A DNA stretch of 64,000 nucleotides from Haliotis rufescens (Eukaryota), in assembly GCF_023055435.1 (NCBI RefSeq), contig NW_025963913.1, positions 13,144,001 through 13,208,000 on the forward strand, in the 5' to 3' direction. This document shows, one piece after another, positions 42,101 to 54,100 of this stretch. The notes beneath the pieces were generated by a model that was not told the origin of the DNA, searched no databases, and was given only the letters and a program-made list of their open reading frames with translations. Positions within the stretch are counted from its first letter, which is position 1, and every line of letters starts with the position of its first letter. Position numbers and translations under genes: made by a program.

Positions 42101-45100
42101 CTATATTGTATATATACCTCCTGTACCACCACAGCATGAAACTGTTTCCATGACATCCTGTAACTGTATCCACGACATCCTGTAACTGTTCCACAACAGA
42201 CTGTAACTGTATCCATGATATCCTGTAACTGTATCAACGACAGCCTGTAACTGTATCCACGACATCCTGTAACTGTATCCACGACAGCCTGTCACTGTAT
42301 CCACGACATCCTGTAACTGTATCCACGACAGCCTGTAACTGTATCCTCGACATCCTGTAACTGTATCCACGACAGCCTGTAACTGTATCCACGACAGCCT
42401 GTAACTGTATCCACGACAGCCTGTAACTGTATCCATGATATCCTGTAACTGTATCAACGACAGCCTGTAACTGTATCCACGACAGACTGTAACTTTATCC
42501 ACGACAGTCTGTAACTGTATCCACGACATCCTGTAACTGTATCCACGACAGCCTGTCACTGTATCCACGACATCCTGTAACTATATTCACGACAGCCTGT
42601 AACTGTATCCACGACATCCTGTAACTGTATCCACGACATCCTGTAACTATATTCACGACAGCCTGTAACTGTATCCACGACATCCTGTAACTGTATCCAC
42701 GACATCCTGTAACTATATTCACGACAGCCTGTAACTGTATCCACGACATCCTGCAACTGTATTCACGACAGCCTGTAACTGTATCCAAGACATCTTGTAA
42801 CTGTATCCACGACAGCCTGTAACTGTATCCACGACATCCTGTAACTGTATCCACGACAGCCTGTAACTGTATCGAGTAACAATCCAATGACTGGAAACAC
42901 GGGCAACGAGCCATAGGGGTGACATGACATATAAAGCTGCCCCCAGTACGACACACATGACTCACTAGGGACCTGCTCTGACCCGGTACGAATGCAACTC
43001 AAGAACCTATGTCCTGGTCAGATGAAATGTTCAGTGGTTTGAAAGATGATCCAAACTTGCTGATTCCTCCCAAGATTGCAAGAAAAGATACTATTGTATA
43101 CAGGACAAAACCCCAGTACATATGAAGTATTATATTCTGATATAAGGTACAAGGTGTCAAAATTAAATGCCACTCACGAACCAAGCTCTGTTCTTTCACA
43201 ACCAATAATACCTTCCGGCAATTAACACCGATCTGAATAGGAGCTCCTAGAGTCCTGGTATTTCTGATTGGCAACTGACTCTAACCAATTCTTGCTATAT
43301 AAACTGAGTTCTCTCTATCGCTTCTTAAGTCCACGACCCCAAGTGTCCTGGAGCCGCGCCGACGGATCCATGCTGAACTTAACACGAAGTAAATTTGGAC
43401 CAGGAAACCATGAGATTCGAATCGAGAAGCTGGAGGAGGCTGATACAGGAGTGTACATGTGTACAGGGAGCCAACAGGGAACCAGGCCCCTCACAAGGAC
43501 ATTCACAGTGGACGTAGAAGGTAGGGGTAAATGATAGTTAACAAGACATTCACAGTGGACGTAGAAGGTAGGGATAAAATATAGTTGACAAGGACATTCA
43601 CGGTTGGCGTAGAAGGTAGGGATAAAATATAGTTGACAAGGACATTCACGGTTGGCGTAGAAGGTAGGGATAAAATATAGTTGACAAGGACATTCACAGT
43701 GGACGTTGAAGGTAGGGATACAATATAGTTGACAAGGACATTCACGGTTGGCGTAGAAGGTAGGGATAAAATATAGTTGACAAGGACATTCACGGTTGGT
43801 GTAGAAGGTAGGGATAAAATATAGTTGACAAGGACATTCACGGTTGTTGAGAAGGTAGGGATAAAATATAGTTGACAAGGACATTCACGGTTGGCGTAGA
43901 AGGTAGGGATGAAAAATAGTTGACAAGGACATTCACGGTGGGCGTAGAAGGTAGGGTCAAAATATAGTTGACAAGGACATTCACGGTTGGCGTAGAAGGT
44001 AGGGATAAAATATAGTTGACAAGGACATTCACGGTGGGCGTAGAAGGTAGGGTCAAAATATAGTTGACAAGGACATTCACGGTGGGCGTAGAAGGTAGGG
44101 ATAAAATATAGTTGACAAGGACATTCACGGTGGGCGTAGAAGATAGGGTTAAAAATAGTTAGCAAGGACATTCTCAGTGGACATAGAAGGTAGGGATAAA
44201 ATATAGTTGACAAGGACATTCACGGTGGGCGTAGAAGGTAGGGATAAAATATAGTTGACAAGGACATTCACGGTGGACGTAGAAGGTAGGGATAAAATAT
44301 AGTTGAAAAGGACATTCACGGTGGACGTAGAAGGTAGGGATAAAATATACTTGACAAGGACATTCACGGTGGGCGTAGAAGGTAGGGTTAAAAACAGTTA
44401 GCAAGGGCATTGTCAGTGGACATAGAAGGTGGGGATGAAATAAAGTTGACAAGGACATTCACGGTGGACGTAGAAGGAAGGGATAAAATATAGTTGACAA
44501 GGACATTCACGGTGGGCGTAGAAGGTAGGGATAAAATATAGTTGACAAGGACATTCACGGTGAGCGTAGAAGGTAGGGATAAAATATAGTTGACAAGGAC
44601 ATTCACGGTGGACGTAGAAGGTAGGGATAAAATATAGTTGACAAGGACATTCACGGTGGGCGTAGAAGGTAGGGTTAAAAACAGTTAGCAAGGGCATTGT
44701 CAGTGGACATAGAAGGTGGGGATGAAATAAAGTTGACAAGGACATTCACGGTGGACGTAGAAGGAATGGATAAAATATAGCTGACAAGGACATTCACGGT
44801 GGACGTAGAAGGAAGGGATAAAATATAGTTGACAAGGACATTCACGGTGGGCGTAGAAGGTAGGGTTAAAAATAGTTAGCAAGGACATTCTCAGTGGACA
44901 TAGAAGGTAGGGATAAAATATAGTTGACAAGGACATTCACGGTGGGCGTAGAAGGTAGGGATAAAATATAGTTGACAAGGACATTCACGGTGAGCGTAGA
45001 AGGTAGGGATAAAATATAGTTGACAAGGACATTCACGGTGGACGTAGAAGGTAGGGATAAAATATAGTTGACAAGGACATTCACGGTGGGCGTAGAAGGT

Positions 45101-48100
45101 AGGGTTAAAAACAGTTAGCAAGGGCATTGTCAGTGGACATAGAAGGTGGGGATGAAATAAAGTTGACAAGGACATTCACGGTGGACGTAGAAGGAAGGGA
45201 TAAAATATAGTTGACAAGGACATTCACGGTGGGCGTAGAAGGTATGGATAAAATAGTTGACAAGGACATTCACGGTGGACATAGAAGGTAGGGATAAAAT
45301 AGTTGACAAGGGCATTCACAGCGGACGTAGAAGGTAGGGATAAAATAGTTGACAAGGGCATTCACAGCGGACGTAGAAGGTAGGGCTAAAAGACACCATT
45401 GTGTAGAAGTTAGTTGTTTCTATGGATACATATTGTAACTGATGTTTATCAAAATAAATGCATTGAAACAGCATTCAATATGACCATTTTGTCAGCCTAT
45501 GAAAACATAATTTTTTTAATAGAAGAAATTTGTAGAAATCCACCCATCCTGTTCCAGCGGCGCCGACGTGGGTGACGGAGCCCAAAGACGTCACTGCTGA
45601 CGAGGGGGAAGACGTGGTGATAGACTGCCGGGCGGCAGGAACTCCCAGTCCACATATTGAGTGGCTTATAAATGGCATCCCACTGAGAGGTATGCTGAAG
45701 GTGACGTGCAGCTGGCTGATAGAATAGGGTGAAGGGGGCAGTAGGTACATGTACATGGAATACTGGGTGGTTTCTCAGAAATCTTTTTGTGTGGAAATTG
45801 GCAAGGCGAATTTGACATTTAAAAGCAGACTCAATTGTCCGATTCCGAATGTGTGGTAACGGATCACTATCAGAGCTAGTGATGATACCAGATGTTCACG
45901 AAAATGTGAGCGTATCCATCCATACCGACTGTGCCAAGGTGTGTGTTAACGACTCACCTTCAGTTAGTGATGATACCAGATGTTCATGAAAAGGTGAACG
46001 TATCCATCCATACCGACTGTATCACGGTGTGTTACCGACTCACCTTCAGTTAGTGATGATACCAGATGTTTACGAAAAGGTGGGCGTATCCATCCATACC
46101 GACTGTATCACGGTGTGTGTTAACGCATCACCTTCAGTTAGTGATGATACCAGATGTTCACGAAAAGGAGAGCGTATCCATCCATACCGACTGTATCACG
46201 GTGTGTGTTATCGACTCACCTTCAGTTATTGATGATACCAGATATTCACGAAAAAGTGGGCGTATCCATCCATACCGACTGTATCAAGGTGTGTCTTAAC
46301 GACTCACCTTCAGTTAGTGATGATACCAGATGTTCACGAAAAGGTAAGCGTATCCATCCATACCGACTGTATCACGGTGTGTGTTAACAACTCACCTTCA
46401 GTTAGTGATGATACCAGATGTTCACGAAAAGGTGAGCGTATCCATCCATACCAACTGTATCACGGTGTGTGTTAACGACTCACCTTCAGTTAGTATTGAT
46501 ACCAGATGTTCACGAAAAGGTGAGCGTATCCATCCATACCGACTGTATCACGGTGTGTGTTAACGACTCACCTTCAGTTAGTGTTGATACCAGATGTTCA
46601 CGAAAAGGTGGGCGTATCCATCCATACCGACTGTATCACGGTGTGTGTTAACGACTCACCTTCAGTTAGTGATGAAACCAGATATTCACGAAAAGGTGGG
46701 CGTATCCATCCATACCGACTGTATCACGGTGTGTCTTAACGACTCACCTTCAGTTAGTGATGATACCAGATGTTCACGAAAAGGTGGGCGTATCCATCCA
46801 TACCGACTGTATCATGGTGTGTGTTAACGACTCACCTTCAGTGAGTGTTGATACCAGAAGTTCACGAAAAGGTGGGCGTATCCATCCATACCGACTGTAT
46901 CACGGTGTGTGTTAACGACTCACCTTCAGTTAGTGTTGATACCAGATGTTCACGAAAAGGTGAGCGTATCCATCCATACCGACTGTATCACGGTGTGTGT
47001 TAACGACTCACCTTCAGTTAATGATGATACCAGATGTTCACAATGGGTGGGCGTATCCATCCATACCGACTGTATCACGGTGTGTGTTAACGACTCACCT
47101 TCAGTTAGTGATGATACCAGATGTTCACGAAAAGGTGGGCGTATCCATCCATACCGACTGTATCACGGTGTGTGTTAACGACTCACCTTCAGTTAGTAAT
47201 GATACCAGATGTTCACGAAAAGGTGAGCGTATCCATCCATACAGACTGTATCACGGTGTGTGTTAACGACTCACCTTCAGTTAGTGATGATACCAGATGT
47301 TCACGAAAAGGTGAGCGTATCCATCCATACCAACTGTATCAAGGTGTGTGTTAACGACTCACCTTCAGTTAGTGATGATACCAGATGTTCACGAAAAGGT
47401 GGGCGTATCCATCCATACCGACTGTATCACGGTGTGTGTTAATGACTCACTTTCAGTTAGTGTTGATACCAGATGTTCACGAAAAGGTGGGCGTATCCAT
47501 CCATACCGACTGTATCACGGTGTGTGTTAACGACTCACCTTCAGTTAGTGATGATACCAGATGTTCACGAAAAGGTGGGCGTATCCATCCATACCGACTG
47601 TATCACGGTGTGTGTTAACGACTCACCTTCAGTTAGTGATGATACCAGATGTTCACGAAAAGGTGAGCGTATCCATCCATACCGACTGTATCACGGTGTG
47701 TGTTAACGACTCACCTTCAGTTAGTGTCTATACCAGATGTTCACGAAAAGGTGGGCGTATCCATCCATACCGACTGTATCACAGTGTGTGTTAACGACTC
47801 ACCTTCAGTTAGTGATGATACCAGATGTTCACGAAAAGGTGAGCGTATCCATCCATACCGACTGTATCACGGTGTGTGTTAACGACTCACCTTCAGTTAG
47901 TGATGATACCAGATGTTCACGAAAAGGTGGGCGTATCCATCCATACCGACTGTATCACGGTGTGTGTTAACGACTCACCTTCAGTTAGTGTTGATACCAG
48001 ATGTTCACGAAAAGGTGGGCGTATCCATCCATACCGACTGTATCACGGTGTGTGTTAACGACTCACCTTCAGTTAGTGATGATACCAGATGTTCACGAAA

Positions 48101-51100
48101 AGGTGGGCGTATCCATCCATACCGACTGTATCACGGTGTGTCTTAACGACTCACCTTCAGTTAGTATTGATACCAGATGTTCACGAAAAGGTGAGCGTAT
48201 CCATCCATACCGACTGTATCACGGTGTGTCTTAACGACTCACCTTCAGTTAGTGATGATACCAGATGTTCACGAAAAGGTGGGCGTATCCATCCATACCG
48301 ACTGTATCACGGTGTGTGTTAACGACTCACCTTCTGTTAGTGTTGATACCAGATGTTCAGGAAAAGGTGAGCGTATCCATCCATACCGACTGTATCACGG
48401 TGTGTGTTAACGACTCACCTTCAGTTAGTGATGATACCAGATGTTCACGAAAAGGTGAGCGTATCCATCCATACCGACTGTATCACGGTGTGTGTTAACG
48501 ACTCACCTTCAGTTAGTGTTGATACCAGATGTTCAGGAAAAGGTGAGCGTATCCATCCATACCGACTGTATCACGGTGTGTGTTAACGACTCACCTTCAG
48601 TTAGTGTTGATACCAGATGTTCAGGAAAAGGTGAGCGTATCCATCCATACAGACTGTATCACGGTGTGTGTTAACGACTCACCTTCAGTTAGTGTTGATA
48701 CCAGATGTTCAGGAAAAGGTGAGCGTATCCATCCATACCGACTGTATCACGGTGTGTGTTAACGACTCACCTTCAGTTAGTGTTGATACCAGATGTTCAG
48801 GAAAAGGTGAGCGTATCCATCCATACTGACTGTATCACGGTGTGTGTTAACGACTCACCTTCAGTTAGTGTTGATACCAGATGTTCAGGAAAAGGTGAGC
48901 GTATCCATCCATACTGACTGTATCACGGTGTGTGTTAACGACTCACCTTCAGTTAGTGTTGATACCAGATGTTCAGGAAAAGGTGAGCGTATCCATCCAT
49001 ACCGACTGTATCACGGTGTGTGTTAACAACTCACCTTCAGTTAGTGTTGATACCAGATGTTCAGGAAAAGGTGAGCGTATCCATCCATACTGACGACACC
49101 AGTCACGAACTCATGCAAGGACAATTCAAGTGTTCATCTGAACAAACTCGGGAATATATGGTGCAAGTCAAAAAGGGAACTGAATGGGGCAAATGGTCGC
49201 TGATGTTTCAAATTTGGAAATGCCCTCCACATGTCTACCATAACATGGTGTGAATGCTTCAGTAAGGCCTTGAATGCTGTACTCCTGATCAAACAACTCT
49301 TGAAATATTGGTCGATAGGGCTTGCTCGATTAATCCTAACCAGTTCTGAAATGAACACAGAAAAGGATGCAGCTGCTGGAAAATTGCTCGACATAAAGTT
49401 AGTGTTGACTATTGGTACGTTGAAGTCACCCCACAGACTTCTGGATAGTTTGTTGCCTCTCTTTATGCATAGTTCTAAAACGTGAATAGATCAATGAAAG
49501 GGTATTGGCTATTTGACCACGATTGAACAATATCAGATCATCAATATACATCAAGCTTAAGTTAAACTTCTTGGCCTTTTTTTGTTTTGATTTAGACAGT
49601 CTTCTTGCCTAAATGTTTCCTCCCCATATGTCACGAAGGTGTAACACATCTCCAGATATTACATTCGTCTATGTTCAAACATCTAACAGAACGAGAGCCG
49701 AAAGAGAACCAGAGAATAACTGAGGGGAAACTGGTGTTGACGGACGTGAGACGCACGGACACCATGGCCGTCCAGTGTAACGCCTCCAACATCCACGGCT
49801 ACGTCTGGTCCGACACCTACATCAACATTCTAGGTGGGTTCTTGGTACAACGTTACATAAAGCAGACATCTGTAATCGCTGACATTTGATAAAGACGACG
49901 TTCGTTTCAGCCCAGAGACATTGACTATGTGACCCGTGAAGATTCCGGGGTAGAATAGGTCTTCAGCAACCCATACTTGCCGTAAAAGGCGACTATGCTT
50001 GTCGTAAAAGGCGACTAACGGGGTCCAGTGGTCAGGCTCGCTGACTTGGTTGATACATGTCATCGATCCCAATTGCGTGGATCGATGCTCATGATGTCAA
50101 TCACTGGATTGTCTGGTCCAGACTCGATTATTTTACAGACCGCCGTCATATAGCTGGAATATTGCTGAGTGCGGCGTTAAACAAAAAACAAACAAACAAA
50201 CAAAACATTGACTATGTGTTCGTTGGATTTGGGGTACAAATTTAAGGAGCTTGCGGACGATTTCATGTTAGGAAGGATAAACGGTTCCCAATTAAAGATA
50301 AGAATTTCAATGCATTTCTCATGAATAGACTTAAGGGTTCATGGAGATTGATTGGTTGAGAGTACTTCCCAGAAGGCGGTACATTTGTAGTTTAAACTAT
50401 AAGCATTTAACTTACCACTAAACGGTTCTTTAGAATAATTGAGGTGGCAATATTCAATATATTGTGCTGATCATATCCTGAGGACCGTGCAGGCTGGAAC
50501 CTTGGTTTGCTAGGTACATTATACTGAATGAAGAACACCGCATGGAGCATACTTCTGACGAATGCAGTGCTACACTTTGTAGTCTAGTTTGAGCAATAAC
50601 ACATTCATGACTTGAATCTTTCTAGCCATCCCTGCAGTCATCAATGAACCTGAGCATGCAGATGTGAAGGTCATTCGAGGGGGAAGGGCACTCCTACACT
50701 GCCACCACACCGGTCACCCCGTCCCGGACCTCGTGTGGTTTAAGGGAGAGAAGAAACTGTATGCAGATGGGAGATATGAACTGTTTGAGAACGGATCTCT
50801 GCTGATTGGCGTAAGTGTTACCAATAGGCATAATCTGTTACAAGACGGGTCTCTGCCCTAACATGGCCACAGCTTTGTCAGCTAGAGGATACGAAGGGCT
50901 TCGGTTCAAATGACCATGCTTGATCCTCTATGACCTGCGTAAACTGGGACCATTCTCCCACCTGAAGCTTACTCCCTGTGATAAATCTGAAATAGAATTC
51001 GAAACGGCGATTAACTCAAGTGACTCAGACATGGGATGTTAGAAGATTTTTCAGTATCTCTCGAAGAATTGGTGCGGGTGCATTATCATAAGGTACACAT

Positions 51101-54100
51101 TTTGTCAGAGGATTTATACAAGTTACCGTTTGAACACTGATTTGAAATTTGGTGGATGTCTTCATGTAAGCGAGGTAGGGTTACTGTTTTGTTGGACGAA
51201 GAAGATCAATTAGATGGTTAAACCAACAGTGGGTAATGAAGGGACTGATTGGTATCCGTGTCACAGTGTTGCCACGGGAACAATGTCTGTAAGTCAATGT
51301 TGTGGGTTTTTCAGAAAGCCATGATGAGAGATGGTGGTCTGTTCAAGTGTTTTGTACGGAACAAATACGGCGAGGACAACAGTAAATATACAGTAATCAT
51401 TAGAGGTAAGTCATTCACTGAAGTCCTTAATTGTCATGGTGCATTTCATATGCGTATTAACCAGATGACTGTACACGGCTTGTGGCCACACCTAGAGAAC
51501 GATGTTTACAAGGAAACACGTTGGGAACAGTGTTTCAGTGCGTTCCATATCGAATCCCTGGTTCGGGGACAAAGAATAAATGCGGACTTGGTGCTTAAAG
51601 CCGATCAATGATTTGTCAATCTTTAGGAGTTGTTATTGAGACTAGATATTTTATCAGCTACAGCTGCAAAACCAGATGGGTTTTTTCACTTACTACAATG
51701 AGCCAAACAATTTTTATGGCAGCCGAATTTCTATTTTGACAACTATATAAAGCATGATTGTTTTTTCAAGAATTTTCGGGAACAATTTATTTTGTTCGAT
51801 AAAATCACAGCCCACCATCACCACCCCAACCCCCGTCAAAATATCAAATGATCTACCCCTTAGTTATATGCATTACTAACGTTGAAGCACCACCTACAGA
51901 AGCTTATCGTTGAGCTGGAGTTGCATCTGTTCAGCAACCTATCTACCGGTTCTAACCATATACGGGGCGGTGGGGTAGCCTAGTGGTAAAGAATTCGCTC
52001 GTCAAGGGTTCGATTCCCCACATGGGTACAATGTGTAAAACCTATTTCTGATGTCCATTTCTGGAATATTGCTAACAGCGGCGCAAAACCATACTCACTC
52101 ACTAACCATATATCATCAGGTTATGCCTTGATCCACTCCCTTTTCAGATCCAACACGGATTGTGCACGGTCCTAAGGACGTGTCTGTGCGGACCGGGCAG
52201 GATGCAGTGATGGAGTGCAAGGCTGCTACTGACCCTGCTGAGGTGAACAACCTCCGCTATGAGTGGAAGAAAGACAACACAACGCTGGACTTCACCAATC
52301 CTCAACTGAACCGACAGAACGGGAGGCTAGTCATCACAAAGGTAGCATTGGCAGATACAGCTGTGTATAAATGCGTGGCAACCAACGGCATAGACTCCGT
52401 CGTGGCGACTGCACGTTTGCTGGTTCAGGGTAAGGAACACNNNNNNNNNNNNNNNNNNNNNNNNNNNNNNNNNNNNNNNNNNNNNNNNNNNNNNNNNNNN
52501 NNNNNNNNNNNNNNNNNNNNNNNNNNNNNNNNNNNNNNNNNNNNNNNNNNNNNNNNNNNNNNNNNNNNNNNNNNNNNNNNNNNNNNNNNNNNNNNNNNNN
52601 NNNNNNNNNNNNNNNNNNNNNNNNNNNNNNNNNNNNNNNNNNNNNNNNNGAGCATTCATATGTACACACACATAACCAGAGCGGTTTTTTATGAGAGTTC
52701 GTGTTTAGTAAGTAGTGCAGGTCGTAAGCTGTGACATTCAATTCAAACACTGGTTTGCCATGTACTGTGTTAGCAGTGGTCATACACTTTTCCCGATTTA
52801 AAGTACTGTACACTCTGTGTTATTTGACGCCACACTCAACAATGTTCAAGCTATATAACGGCGATCTTTATATAATCAATTCTTGAGCAGACAATCGCAT
52901 GGTTAAAATCATGAGCATCGATCCACGCAAATGGGATACGATGACATGCAACAACCAAGTCAGCGAGCCTGAACACCCGACTCCGTTAGCATAGTGACCT
53001 CTTAGGGCAAGTATGGGTTGCTGAAGACCTATTTTCTATCCGGACCTGCACGGGTTTCATGCAATATGAACATACAGTGTTAGATGAACACATGTCTTTG
53101 TAGAATCCCACCTGACGGTACGTCAGTAGCGGCAGTTAAATGAAGGAACGGTTCCGTTCTGGAAGATGCCGACAAGGGAACACATTCCTCACACAAACCA
53201 CAGGTCACCTTGGGTCATACCTACGCTCGTGGGTTTTACAAAAGTGGTAAACGTCTCAGACCTGCATCACTTCTTTCGATGTAGGACGATGCAAGTTTAA
53301 CGTTTAGCAGGGGCTTTTATCTTGAGCTTGCAAACATATTGGCAAGGGGAGAAACATAATGTACAAAGTTGTATGCAGGCTTCCTGGCTTGAATAACCCT
53401 TTCTCATATTATCCCCAACAGCACCCCCGGGCGAGCCTTCAAAAGTGACATTGTTACGTTGTGACGGAGATAGTGCAACTATAGCCTGGAAATTCAACAC
53501 TTCTCTGACCAACCACTCACCTCTGAAGAGATTTTTTGTGGAATACAGCACCGACTATGACCCAGGAAATTGGTACAAGATGAAAACAGTGGGGGCCAAT
53601 AAGCGTCAAGCCAAAGTGGAATTGTCGCCGTTTGGTTCGTACACCTTCCGTGTGAAAGCTGTGAATGAGATTGGACCCGGCCTTCCTAGTGCCCCTACGA
53701 TGAATATGTGTGAAACCCCCGAAAACAGGCCACCTTTCCACCCCAAGAAGGTGCACACAGTCACAGATACAACCAACGTCCTGGCGGTGGAGTGGGAGGT
53801 TAGTACAAGCCATGTGATCTGATGGGTGTTGGGTGATGGATGGGTTTCGGTAGTCTGTCACTCAGACACTTGAGAATAAATCCAGAAATGTTCCCAACTC
53901 TGGTCTAGAGAGATTTGGCAAGTCTAGATCGCTTCAGCCCTGAAATTAAGTAGTGTTCTTGGCTCCATTTGGATTTGATTTTATATTTTGTGGATATATA
54001 TTTTTGAATGAGATAACTTTATATCTGGGACTAAATGTTAGTCTAGGGTATCGGTACTGATATGGTGTTTGGGTGTTGCCTCTGTGTTCCGTTATGGCGA

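Noticed and set aside
49935-49975. Hammerhead ribozyme on the antisense strand of SINE family A (CUGAAGA present)
   Set aside because: No GAAA core after a stem II could be placed.
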